Below, one piece after another: positions 30,180 to 40,137 of a stretch of 64,000 nt of DNA. The stretch comes from Candidatus Binatia bacterium (GTDB taxonomy: Bacteria; Desulfobacterota; Binatia; Bin18): the NCBI GenBank assembly GCA_963666315.2, contig CAXXHG010000007.1:56020-120019 (forward strand), given 5' to 3'. How positions within the stretch are numbered: the first letter of the stretch is position 1; every line of letters begins with the position of its first letter. The notes beneath the pieces are model-generated. The model was not told the DNA's origin and made no database searches. It worked only from the letters and a program-made list of their open reading frames with translations. A program made the translations under genes and the position numbers.

Positions 30180-30644
30180 TTAGGCCGCCTCTTCGCTCCC
30201 GCGAACTGTCCCACCAACAACAAGGGCAGCAGATATGATCATCAGGTTCTTGATGATGTACTGACCCTCCATCGTCGGCCCATATGGCAGGTGGCCTGCC
30301 TGGAACGTGACTGCAGGAAGGAGGATCAAGGGCATGAATGTCCCGACCATCTGTAGGGCTAGTAACGCGATGGCGACTCGGATTGTCCTGCGAAAGAGAA
30401 ACGCTATTCCGATCGCAACTTCCCACCAACCTATGATGACCACCCACAACCCCCCATCGAATAACGGCAGCCAACGCACCGTTGCGATGATGAGAGGTTC
30501 CGCCGCTGACAGGCCAAGCGGTTTGAGAACGCCGAACCAGATAAAGATGATTCCAAACGAAAGGCGCAAGGCGAGAATTCCCCAACGACACATGAAGGTG
30601 GATATCGAACGGTCAATCTCATCGAAGTTCATATGAGCCTGCAT
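30180..30644 (-). CDS. DoxX-like membrane protein
   Basis: LRLSFGIIFIWFGVLK, TMEGQYIIKNL. Confidence 0.8.
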   Translation of the reverse strand: MQAHMNFDEIDRSISTFMCRWGILALRLSFGIIFIWFGVLKPLGLSAAEPLIIATVRWLPLFDGGLWVVIIGWWEVAIGIAFLFRRTIRVAIALLALQMVGTFMPLILLPAVTFQAGHLPYGPTMEGQYIIKNLMIISAALVVGGTVRGSEEAA

Positions 30645-30656
30645 CGCGTACGTCAG

Positions 30657-31358
30657 TTATGCAGCCTGATACAGCGGGTTCTCCAGCAGGTAATTCACGG
30701 TGGACGCGTACCAACGGCCGCCCTTCTTAGTTTCGACCTCCCGTTGATTCAGTTGTGCCGCAATCCAACGTAGCGACCTCCCGGCCTTCCGCTTCCTGCG
30801 TATCCATTTCACGCGCTTGAGTTCTGCATCTACAGGGGTGAGCGTGTCGCCGGTCCTGGCATACCCGAATGGCGTAGTGGGATACACTTCTCGCCGGCGC
30901 TTCTTGTACTGCAGGGCAGCAGCCGTTCGCTCGGCAATCAGATTCCGCTCCAGCTCGGCAAAACCTGCCGACATGGTCAAAAACATCCGGCCCATAGCCG
31001 ACGCCGTATTGATGCTTTGCCCGCCCATATCGAGCAGATGCAGACCAATACCGGCCTTGTCCCATACCTTCGTCTGCGTGAGACAATCGGACGCGTCTCT
31101 AAACAGCCGGTCAAGCTTCAGCACAATGGCATGCTTGACGGCTTTGCCTTTTCCTAGCGCCTGCAACAGTTCCGCCCCGCCTGGCCGGTCCGCTAGGGGA
31201 ACCGTGCCGCTGATACCTTCCTCGCGGATAATGTTCGTAACCTTGATATTCTGCGCAGTCGCATAGGCGCTGAGCCGTTCGGCCTGCGCGTCCAGCGAAA
31301 CGCCTTCTATGGCCTGTTCTGCCGTACTAACCCGCGTGTATGCAATACCTTGCTGCAT
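30657..31358 (-). CDS. Serine recombinase (resolvase domain plus short recombinase DNA-binding domain)
   Basis: YTRVST.EQ...SLDAQ, EEGISG, KLDRLFR, FAELERNLIAERT, PFGY, SLRWIAAQLN. Confidence 0.93.
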   Translation of the reverse strand: MQQGIAYTRVSTAEQAIEGVSLDAQAERLSAYATAQNIKVTNIIREEGISGTVPLADRPGGAELLQALGKGKAVKHAIVLKLDRLFRDASDCLTQTKVWDKAGIGLHLLDMGGQSINTASAMGRMFLTMSAGFAELERNLIAERTAAALQYKKRRREVYPTTPFGYARTGDTLTPVDAELKRVKWIRRKRKAGRSLRWIAAQLNQREVETKKGGRWYASTVNYLLENPLYQAA

Positions 31359-31497
31359 TTTTGTCCTTCTCTCCCGTACGAAGACGCTCCTCTTTGTACA
31401 AAATATACACTCGTCTGAAGATGATTTCAAGTTTTAAAGCGTAATTTCCTATCTTTATATATTGTTTTGCGTTAGTATGAAGGGAACGGAGGTCGCT

Positions 31498-31740
31498 ATG
31501 TCCATCGAAAAAAGAATTAGCCCCGAGTCATTAGCCGAACAGTGGGACGTCAAAGTTACGACGATTCGCAAATATATCCGCGACGGCAAGCTGCGAGCCG
31601 CGAAGTTCGGCCGCGGGTATCGCATCGCAGAAAGTGACGCCGAAGCCTTCGCAGCAGCGAACACGGCGAATATCCAAACGACCGTTTATGACCCGGCAGC
31701 CGGCGGTGACGGCACGAACATCAAGGTGACGAAACCATAG
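31498..31740 (+). CDS. Excisionase-like HTH_17 protein
   Basis: SPESLAEQWDVKVTTIRKYIRDGKLRAAKFGRGYRI; RBS GGAGG. Confidence 0.85.
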   Translation: MSIEKRISPESLAEQWDVKVTTIRKYIRDGKLRAAKFGRGYRIAESDAEAFAAANTANIQTTVYDPAAGGDGTNIKVTKP

Positions 31741-31749
31741 CGCAGAGGT

Positions 31750-34278
31750 ATGACAGCTACCGCACTGATAGCGACGCTGGAATCATCGCATCACACTAGT
31801 AGTGATACCGGGCAGATTCGTGTCGATGTGCTCAGACCTGCGCAAAGCCGATACGAAAGCGTACCCGACGAACTCAAAGGATTAAAACAATGGGTGGCCT
31901 GGAAACGTGAGCCCGACCCGAAACATCCGGGAAAGCCGCGCAAGGTGCCATACAATGCGCATACGGGACGACGCGCTTCTAGTACTGACCCTGCCACTTG
32001 GACAACGTTCGACCACATGATGACCGTCAAGGGCTATGACGGCATCGGCTTTGTTCTGGCAGAAGACGATCCGTACACCTTTATCGACCTCGACCACTGT
32101 CAAAACGCCGATACGGCTAAGCCTGATCCGTGGGCGAATGATATCGTTGGCCAGTCTGCTAATTTTTACTGGGAAGTGAGCCCGTCGGGTACAGGACTGC
32201 ATGGCCTGGGCAAAGGGTCGTGGCCGACCAGGGGCAATAAAAAAGGCAACGTCGAAGTCTACGTGGCCAGTCGGTATGCGACCGTAACGGTTCGTTATCA
32301 CGCTGGGGAGCAGTTCGAGCTCGGCGACCATACAGAAGCGCTCGAGGAGCTGCATAAACAATACTTCAACGACCCCAAGCCCGCGCCCAAGATATCTAAT
32401 GTCAAAGGGTCGGCCGGGGGCGGATTCGCGGGTACCGATGCTGACCTGATTGTCAAAGCTCAGCACGCGAAGAATGGGGCGAAATTTTCCAGTCTTTGGA
32501 CGGGCAATACTGATGGTTATCCGTCGCAGTCTGAAGCAGATCAGGCCCTAGTCAACATGCTTGTTTTTTGGTGCGCGGCGGATCCTGAGCGCATTGACCG
32601 GCTTTTTCGCGCGTCTGGCCTGTATCGGGGAAAATGGGACGAAAAACATGGTGACGATACGTATGGCGCATTGACGATCGCAAAGTCTTTGAGCGGCCAG
32701 CGTGAATATTACCGGCCGTCTTGGTCGGCCGGCAGGGTGAAGGCGGTCGACACACCTGCGGACGATTTGGAGTCCATCGTGATAACGGCCCGACCGTTGC
32801 GGGATATATCAGACGATGCCCTCAACGCTTTAGGCAAGCGCAATATCCCGCCGGCACTCTTTGTTCGTTCGAACAGACTCGTACGCTGCATAATGAATGA
32901 ATACGACACGCCCCTCATCGACATGCTCTCAGAACACGCCGTGCGCGGCAGGCTTGCCCGAGTGGCCGACTTCCTCAGAGTTAAATCGGGAAGGACAGAA
33001 GATGACCCGCCGACCCACATTCAATGTTCGCCACCACTGGATGTAACTCGAGATATTCTCGCTCTGGGGGACTGGCCATTCCCTGTTCTCGAAGGCGTCA
33101 CGTCATGCCCCATCCTGCGGCCGACGGGGGAGTTGATGCGATCACCCGGGTATAATCCCGAGACACGCTTGTTCTACTGGCCGCCCAAGAATTTCAAACT
33201 CGGGACAATTCCCGACGCGCCCGCACAAGAAGACGCGCGTGCGGCCCGGGATTATATATGTGACGAGATACTCAGCGATTTCCCATTTAGCCAAGCCGCC
33301 GATTTGGCGAACATGATCGCCACGCTGCTGACCCCGGTCACGCGGTCCGCCATTCTCGGCAATGTCCCACTGTGCCTTATCGACAAGCCCACCCCGGGGA
33401 GCGGCGCAACACTCTTAACCGACGTGGTCGCCCTTATCGCCACCGGGACGACCGCGCCCAAAATGCTCATACCGGAAGGAAGAGGCTCAGACGATGAATG
33501 GCGCAAACGCATTACCTCAACGCTTATGGACGGATACACGATTACGGTTTTTGACAATGTTGATGCGTCTCTTTCTTCCAATACGTTGGCCATGGTGTTG
33601 ACGACGGAATTTTGGCGGGATCGTATCTTAGGTCGAAGTGAAAATATCACGCTACCCGTGCATAAAACGTGGATTGCCACAGGGAATAATGTGCGCATTC
33701 GTGGTGATCTTGCGCGGCGATCCTATCGGATTCGCATCGACACTCAGCAAGAACGTCCCTGGGAACGGCACGAATTTCGGCACCTCGAGTTGTTGAAATG
33801 GGTAGAGGAGCACCGCGGAGTCATTCTCGCGAAACTGTACACCATGATCTTGGCATATTTTCAGGCCGGCTGTCCGCCTCAGAAAACACCGCCCATGGGT
33901 GGGTTTGAATCGTGGGTCCAATTGGTTGGCGGGATCCTCGCCTATGCAGGCGTTGTCGGATTCTCAGAGAAACGCATGGACCTCTACGAACTCGTTGACG
34001 ACGAAGGACCACAATGGGCCGCATTTCTTTTGGCGTGGTCTGAACAATTCGGGACTCAGACCCGCACAGTTTCTGAGTTTTTCGTGCTGGCCTCTTCTGA
34101 TCTGCGCGCTGCTATTCCCGAGTGTTTAGCGATCGACCTAGATCGTTTGGATTCAGCAAAGAAGAAGCTAGGCAGAGCATTAGCGAAACGGGTCGACCGC
34201 ATTTATGGCGAATATCGCATTACCAGATCGAAAGACGAGCACAGTAAAATATGGCGATGGACAGTCAGCGAAGCCTAA
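31750..34278 (+). CDS. NrS-1-like primase-polymerase fused to helix-bundle and helicase-like domains
   Basis: QWVAW, KVPY, GIGF, IDLDHC, EVSPSGTGLH; SEADQAL...DRLFRASGLYRGKWD; PGYNP, GSGAT, FDNV, WIATGNN, DLARR. Confidence 0.88.
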   Translation: MTATALIATLESSHHTSSDTGQIRVDVLRPAQSRYESVPDELKGLKQWVAWKREPDPKHPGKPRKVPYNAHTGRRASSTDPATWTTFDHMMTVKGYDGIGFVLAEDDPYTFIDLDHCQNADTAKPDPWANDIVGQSANFYWEVSPSGTGLHGLGKGSWPTRGNKKGNVEVYVASRYATVTVRYHAGEQFELGDHTEALEELHKQYFNDPKPAPKISNVKGSAGGGFAGTDADLIVKAQHAKNGAKFSSLWTGNTDGYPSQSEADQALVNMLVFWCAADPERIDRLFRASGLYRGKWDEKHGDDTYGALTIAKSLSGQREYYRPSWSAGRVKAVDTPADDLESIVITARPLRDISDDALNALGKRNIPPALFVRSNRLVRCIMNEYDTPLIDMLSEHAVRGRLARVADFLRVKSGRTEDDPPTHIQCSPPLDVTRDILALGDWPFPVLEGVTSCPILRPTGELMRSPGYNPETRLFYWPPKNFKLGTIPDAPAQEDARAARDYICDEILSDFPFSQAADLANMIATLLTPVTRSAILGNVPLCLIDKPTPGSGATLLTDVVALIATGTTAPKMLIPEGRGSDDEWRKRITSTLMDGYTITVFDNVDASLSSNTLAMVLTTEFWRDRILGRSENITLPVHKTWIATGNNVRIRGDLARRSYRIRIDTQQERPWERHEFRHLELLKWVEEHRGVILAKLYTMILAYFQAGCPPQKTPPMGGFESWVQLVGGILAYAGVVGFSEKRMDLYELVDDEGPQWAAFLLAWSEQFGTQTRTVSEFFVLASSDLRAAIPECLAIDLDRLDSAKKKLGRALAKRVDRIYGEYRITRSKDEHSKIWRWTVSEA

Positions 34279-34283
34279 TTGAG

Positions 34284-34446
34284 TTGCGGAGTTTTTGTCA
34301 ATGCTAACATGTATCAGTTTTCTCTTTTATCCAGGTGAATTGATATAGAGGAGGGCCGACCCGATACCCCGCAAAACCCCGCAAGAATTCTAAGTGCTTG
34401 ATTTTCCTAGACCTGCTGCGGGGCTTGTAAATGGGAAACCCCGCAT
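34284..34446. repeat. Direct and inverted ACCCCGCA motifs after the primase; putative origin
   Basis: ACCCCGCA at 34366, 34376 and 34438; inverted TGCGGGG at 34417; TTGCGG at 34284. Confidence 0.5.
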
Positions 34447-34458
34447 GAGGAGCACGAA

Positions 34459-34680
34459 ATGGCGACAAATAAAGACGTTCTTGATGTCTTTCCGGGCGCA
34501 AAAGTGGTCGACCCAAAGGACGTGGCCCGGCGCTCGAATATACCGGCCAAGGTGGAACAACCCCAGGAGCAAGAGGTTCGCACCGCCAAAGTCGACGCCG
34601 AGAGAAAAAGTCGCATTGAACGCGCATTAAAAGCCGGTGCCCGGCGACAACAAGGCCGGCAGGGCCGACTGTTTGAGTGA
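34459..34680 (+). CDS. Small hypothetical phage-type protein
   Basis: RBS GAGGAG; VLDVFPGAKVV...QGRLF. Confidence 0.55.
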   Translation: MATNKDVLDVFPGAKVVDPKDVARRSNIPAKVEQPQEQEVRTAKVDAERKSRIERALKAGARRQQGRQGRLFE

Positions 34681-34950
34681 GGAATCATATGTTTAAGTAT
34701 TGGTCTTAACAATAAACACGATGCTCAAGACCGAGAATGCCCGGCATGCGAGTGCCGGCTGTGGTGGGTGGATGGCCTTGGTCATGCGCATTGCGCGGAA
34801 TGCACCCCGCCTGCTGACCGCGCACTGGTCATACGATGGCTTCGACCGACCACACCGAGCTACGACCGCCACTGGTTGCAGGATGCCGCATAAGGGTGAG
34901 GTTGAGTATCCGATTCGACATCCCAGATCCTGGTCTTCACTTTGGGTCCA

Positions 34951-35442
34951 TCATTCACCGAGATGCAACCGGAGGCTCTCGATCTGAATCGGCGCATCCT
35001 CTTTGTCATCCAAACCCAGCTCACTCCGACTGGGGCTGTGCAAGATCAACACCTTCTGCTCGATGCTGACGTTGGCCTCAGGGCTGAACATGCCCAGATG
35101 CTTGCCGAGCAGCTCAGCCGATCTGTTTGCTCCAGCGGCATCGAAACGCCAAACGCCAGTCGTCCGGCCTTCGCTATCCATGACCGGAGTGCCCTGTAGC
35201 CATCGGTCGTTGATCTCGAGCAGACGTTTCAAGACCTCATCCACCGTAATCTGTGTCCGAACAGAGGCCGCTTTCTGCGCTTCCTCGATCGCAGCCTGAA
35301 TGTCTGGTTTCGAGAGGTTCTCCGATCCGATCTTCCGTGCTGTTTTTTCACCATATCCCGCCCGGATCGCGGCTTTGGTCGCGCAGAGATCGATTAGATA
35401 CTCGTCAACAAACTTCGCCTGCTTAGGCGTCAATGTCGCCAT
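34951..35442 (-). CDS. terS: Terminase small subunit
   Basis: LTPKQAKFVDEYLIDLCATKAAIRAGY...GSENLSKPDIQ...AELLGKHLGMF. Confidence 0.92.
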   Translation of the reverse strand: MATLTPKQAKFVDEYLIDLCATKAAIRAGYGEKTARKIGSENLSKPDIQAAIEEAQKAASVRTQITVDEVLKRLLEINDRWLQGTPVMDSEGRTTGVWRFDAAGANRSAELLGKHLGMFSPEANVSIEQKVLILHSPSRSELGLDDKEDAPIQIESLRLHLGE

Positions 35443-35801
35443 CAGTGTCCTCGCTGTCCCGCTCAACCCACCGGGCAATTCTGCGCGATCAACATCACGC
35501 GCCGGACGGTTCGAAAGTCGGCCGACGTAAACTCCCATTGCGCTTTGCCCACAAATCCGGGTTGGAAGAGCCTGAGCAAAAAGTCGCTGCGGTGGATCTC
35601 GTCGCCGGTGAGTGCGTCGGTCAATTCATCCAATGTCGTCGGCTGTAATGGCAAGCGCGCTTTTCGAGGGGCGTGGTCAATGCTGCGCATACAGTCGTTG
35701 TTCACGGTGCGAACATACGCCGGCTGACACGTATTTCTAAAATAATGTCGTCGGGGCTCACGGTAAGACCATTTCGCTCGAAGATGCCAGGATAGACAAG
35801 A

Positions 35802-35947
35802 CTCTGTTTTCGTGTCAGTAGCGAGACAACAAACTAACCTTTAAAGAGTCAGTCATGTTGATTACAGCTGTATTGTTCTTACTTGTAGCCTCCCCTGTCT
35901 TTGCGCAGCTCGATCTTGATAATGCGGGCAACGTCGGGATTGGGACG
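35802..35947 (+). repeat. ~146-bp direct repeat, copy 1 (upstream region plus signal peptide; gene truncated)
   Basis: About 7 differences versus 39991-40137. Confidence 0.92.
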
Positions 35948-36012
35948 ACGAGCCCATCGCCAATTGTTGAAATTGCCACTGCAATCAGCTTGATCGGTTT
36001 TATATCCACAGA

Positions 36013-36222
36013 ATGCTGCAGCGAGTGGCTGAGAAGGCCGGGGTGGAAGATCACGTCCATTCCCATCTCTTTCGACACGGCTTTGCTACCCGGCATTGGA
36101 AGAAATTCCAAGATGTGGATGCCCCACAAAGTGAACTCGGTCACTCGCGGTATGATACGACCAGACGATATATTCACAGGACTTTGGTAGAACGGGTTCA
36201 AATGGTCAAGGCAGTGGATTAA
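36013..36222 (+). pseudogene. Tyrosine integrase C-terminal stub, copy 2
   Basis: HSHLFRHGFAT...LGHSRYDTTRRY (HxxR, H, Y catalytic residues). Confidence 0.85.
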
Positions 36223-36337
36223 GCGGGCTCACGTGACATTCGCCTTTGGTATGCGAGATCCTTTGCCGTCGAAGAGATTACCAATAATTGTCCTCGGTGT
36301 CATCCGGTCGGGACATTTCCGTTTCTAGTGTGTGTGT

Positions 36338-38717
36338 ATGCGAATCCGCACTTTCATCATCGGTTTGATATTGTTAGCCCTGTCGTCAACTTCGGGTGTG
36401 TCGGGTCCGAATCCCAGGTCGCAGGTCCTACGGATTCCTGATAAGTCACAAGCCCATTTAACGCCAGCCCAGCATAAGATCAGTCCGCATCTGCGCCACA
36501 CCTGCTCGGAGCTGGAGGAGGCCGGGGCTACCGCCTACAACGCAAAGACTTTGCGTATAGCCGAGCGCTTCTCATCCCCATTGGTCAAAGTCGACGACGC
36601 AGCGCGGGTGCAGGTGTATCTCAAAGTTGACTCCGTTGACGGCGACATCCAGGAAATTCTTAAATCGGTTGGTGTCGAGATTGAGATCGCGAATGAAGAG
36701 TGGAATCTCATTCAGGCTTGGATACCTTACGACTACATTGAAATCATTGCGGATTTTGAGTTTATTCACCATGTCCGCCCACCTGATTATGGAACATTCA
36801 ACTCCAGTCTTCTGAACGCCGACGGCGGTGACGAACTGAGTCTGCCACCTACAGGTGGGGAATTCGATATCGATGGCTCTGGCGTTCGGGTTGGTGTGAT
36901 ATCAGGCGGCGTGAAGAGCTTGACGGATACGGTTGAGCGAGGTGATTTGCCGACTGGGATTCTGGAGATGGGATCCTGCGCCACTCCGGGCTGTGATGAA
37001 GGGACGCTGATGATGGATGTCCTGTACGCCACCGCTCCAGGGGTAACGGCGGGTTTCTGTGCACCGGGTCCGACCCTGACAACGCTCTCCTTCATCTATT
37101 GTGTGACGTGGCTCACGCATACGTTTGAAGCGGCCGTGATCGTGGATGATGTGGTCTTCGTCGCGCCGCCCTATTTCGAAGATGGCATGGTTGCGCAGAC
37201 CGTGGCGCAGACCGTCGTTTCAGGTGTGACCTATGTCTCGACGGCGGGGAACTTCGCGCAGTGGCATTACGAGGCGGACTTCGTTGAGAATGTCGACTTC
37301 ACGGGAATACCCGTCCATGATTTTGGTGTCGCGGCTGGGGGGGGCGGGCGATGTCTTCGACACGGTAGGGAACGCCACAAACGGATGGATGGTGTCTCCT
37401 GGTGAATGTGTCACCGCCGATCTGCAATGGAGCGATCCCTGGGGCGCCTCAGGCAATGATTACGACGTACTCATTTTCGACTTCGAGCAGAATCTGCTCA
37501 ATGCACCGGGCGCCGGACAGGCCGTTCAGGATGGCGATGATAACCCCCAGGAAGCAGCCGAATACTGCAATCAGAGTGCTGTCCCAGTGAGCGCGAGCAT
37601 TGTCGTCCAAAAGTTGAGCGGTCAGGATCATCGTATCGAAATGTTCGTGCAGATCACAGATGTTGCCGATTCCATACCCCATCACGAGCATACAGTTGTT
37701 GCAGGGAGCATCATCGGGCATCAGGCGGTCCAGGGTGTCCTTACGGTAGCAGGGGTGAGAGACAACGAATCTGGACTACCGGAGGTTCCCTCATCCACCT
37801 CACGTGGGCCGTCGGACATCTATCATCCCGCCGTCGAGTCCCGCAGCAAACCAGACTTGGCTGCGCCCGAGTGCGTCCGATTGACTCGTACGGGCCGATC
37901 GCGCCAGAGCGTCTGCGACGCCTCTGCTGCCGCAGCACACGTAGCGGGGATCGCCGCGCTCCTCCTTGACGCCAATCCTGACCTGACGGTGGAGCACGTC
38001 TATGACGTTCTGACCTCGACTGCCACCGCCATTGAGGGAACCAGCGTCGACGTGCAGTCTGGATTTGGCTTGGTAGACGTTGTGGCGGCGCTGAACGCAG
38101 CGATCAGCGGGATGAAACTCATCGCTCCGTCTGAGATCAACAGGCTGGAGACGGCTACGGCCCAGGCCGTGATCGAATATACAGACAGCTCGCAGGCTCT
38201 CATCATAAAATTCGAGGAGCGTTTCGGCGAGATTGGGGATACGGGTCCTGGCCCCTCCGTAGAAGTCTATGGGGACGGCCGCGTCTCTGTGTATTACCCT
38301 CACTATATGAAGCGGGCAGGCACGTACCAGCTGCAGTTGGCTCCGGAGGAGATCGAGCGTCTGCTCCAACTTCTGTCTGCGCAAAATATTCCGGCTTTCG
38401 ACAGCGCTGCGGTGAGACAGACCAGAGACCTGGCTGTCGCGGCCGAAGAGGTGGGCTCAGGCATTCTTTTCAGCGTAAGTGATCCGTCCACGACGATCCT
38501 TGAACTGCACCTGGACCAGTACGCGTCAGCTTCGCCACCGGGCCAAGTGCCGATCGCCGTGCAGCAACGCATCGTCTGGCAAGGACTGAGAGCCGATGCA
38601 CGGCGCTTGCCAGACGTTAAGGCCATCCAGAATCTGTTCACCGCGCACCAGGAATTGCGCTCACTCATGGAGCACCCGGCCTTAGAGCAACTGGACGCAC
38701 CAGCGGAGACCCAATGA
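36338..38717 (+). pseudogene. Secreted S8/S53-like serine peptidase split at a G8 tract
   Basis: Signal and pro region, DGSGVRVGVIS, DEGTLM, STAGN, KPDLAAP, SAAAAHVAGIAALL, SGFGLVD; frames join if G8 at 37337-37344 is G7. Confidence 0.8.
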
Positions 38718-39928
38718 AGGCTTTTTGTCACGGTATTCTTGTTGTGGTGTTCCTACTCGGCCCAGCGCGGTTGGTGCAGGCCGGAGCGTTTATCTTTGCC
38801 GGTGAGGCAAACGGTGTTAATTTGATTCTCCATCCGGCCGGCTATACGGGCGTAGGCGGCACGCTCACCGTCGGCGTATGTATTGACGCCACAAGCGCCA
38901 ATGCAACCGAAATGATCCAGCCGGTTCAAAACATTGTGGCCACCTTTAATCGACGCCAGGCTGTTGCCCCGAATCTTATCTTTGGCAGCAATAACGACAT
39001 CGGCTCTTCTGAGTTTGATTTCGAGTCCGTCGCGTTGCACGAGGTCGGGCACTGTATAGGACTGGGGCACGTAAACGCAGCGTCGGAATCTGGCCTGTCT
39101 GGAGGTAATCTGGACTATACCAAAGCCACGGATGGAGTCGACAATACCTTCAATCTGAACGACGGAGCAGATAACATTATCGGCTCAGCCGATGATATCC
39201 GCGGAGACGACGCCAACCTGCATTGGTTTAGGAAAACGACCAATAATCCGTGTGCTGTCGATAACGCTACTTCCGATGGCACAACCTACAGCCGGGACCT
39301 GGCCGACCTGCCGGCGGGCGAGACGTTTGCGGCGAACGCCGATCGGGACGTTTGTGCCGATCGGAGCTCCCCCAACACTGAGGCCGTCATGCAACAAGGT
39401 ACCGGCTTCGATGAAGACCAGCGCGCCCTGACCCAGGACGGCGTGTCCACGCTCGAACTAGCGATGAGCGGGCTGGATGAAACAGCTGGGACTGCGGACG
39501 ATTATACCTTGAACTTGGTTTCGCATGGGATCGTCAGTAATGCCGCTGCGGATCCCAACTGCGATATCGTTCTTGCTATCAGCGGTGGCAGCTTCGCATT
39601 CTGTAGCCCTCAAGCTGTCTTTATTACATTTCCTACCCACGCCCGCATAACCACGGCCAATATTTTCTTCGGCACCGGCTTCAACTGGTTCTTCAATACC
39701 GGAATCTGTTCTGGTGGGCCGCAGACAACCGGAACCAATCTGAATCTCAGCAATACTTCTATGAGCGATGCCGGGCGCTTCCGGGCGACGCAGACCATCA
39801 CCGCTGGTACTGCTTTCGCAGTCACCTCTACAGGCTGCGTGAACTTCTCCGCGGGTCAATCGATCCGTTTAGAGCCCGGTTTTTCGGTCGCTGCGGGTGG
39901 CAGGCTCAGACTCTCGATAGACAACTAG
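38714..39928 (+). CDS. Secreted metzincin (matrixin-like) metallopeptidase with short C-terminal beta domain
   Basis: Signal peptide, HEVGHCIGLGH, AVM turn, C-terminal AGQSIRLEPGFSV; ATGA-coupled to the S8 gene. Confidence 0.82.
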   Translation: MKAFCHGILVVVFLLGPARLVQAGAFIFAGEANGVNLILHPAGYTGVGGTLTVGVCIDATSANATEMIQPVQNIVATFNRRQAVAPNLIFGSNNDIGSSEFDFESVALHEVGHCIGLGHVNAASESGLSGGNLDYTKATDGVDNTFNLNDGADNIIGSADDIRGDDANLHWFRKTTNNPCAVDNATSDGTTYSRDLADLPAGETFAANADRDVCADRSSPNTEAVMQQGTGFDEDQRALTQDGVSTLELAMSGLDETAGTADDYTLNLVSHGIVSNAAADPNCDIVLAISGGSFAFCSPQAVFITFPTHARITTANIFFGTGFNWFFNTGICSGGPQTTGTNLNLSNTSMSDAGRFRATQTITAGTAFAVTSTGCVNFSAGQSIRLEPGFSVAAGGRLRLSIDN

Positions 39929-39990
39929 GCGGGGCCGGCTAGAGGCAGGTTTTTTCGCGCCGGTTGGGGCAACCTTCACAATGGAAAGTT

Positions 39991-40137
39991 CTCTGTTTTC
40001 GTGTTAAGTAGCGAGACAACAAACTAACCTATAAGGAGTCAGTTATGTTGATTACAGCTGTATTGTTCTTACTTGTAGCCTCCCCTGTCTTTGCGCAGCT
40101 CGATCTTGATAGTGGGGGCAACGTCGGGATTGGGACG
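39991..40137 (+). repeat. ~146-bp direct repeat, copy 2
   Basis: Matches 35802-35947. Confidence 0.92.
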
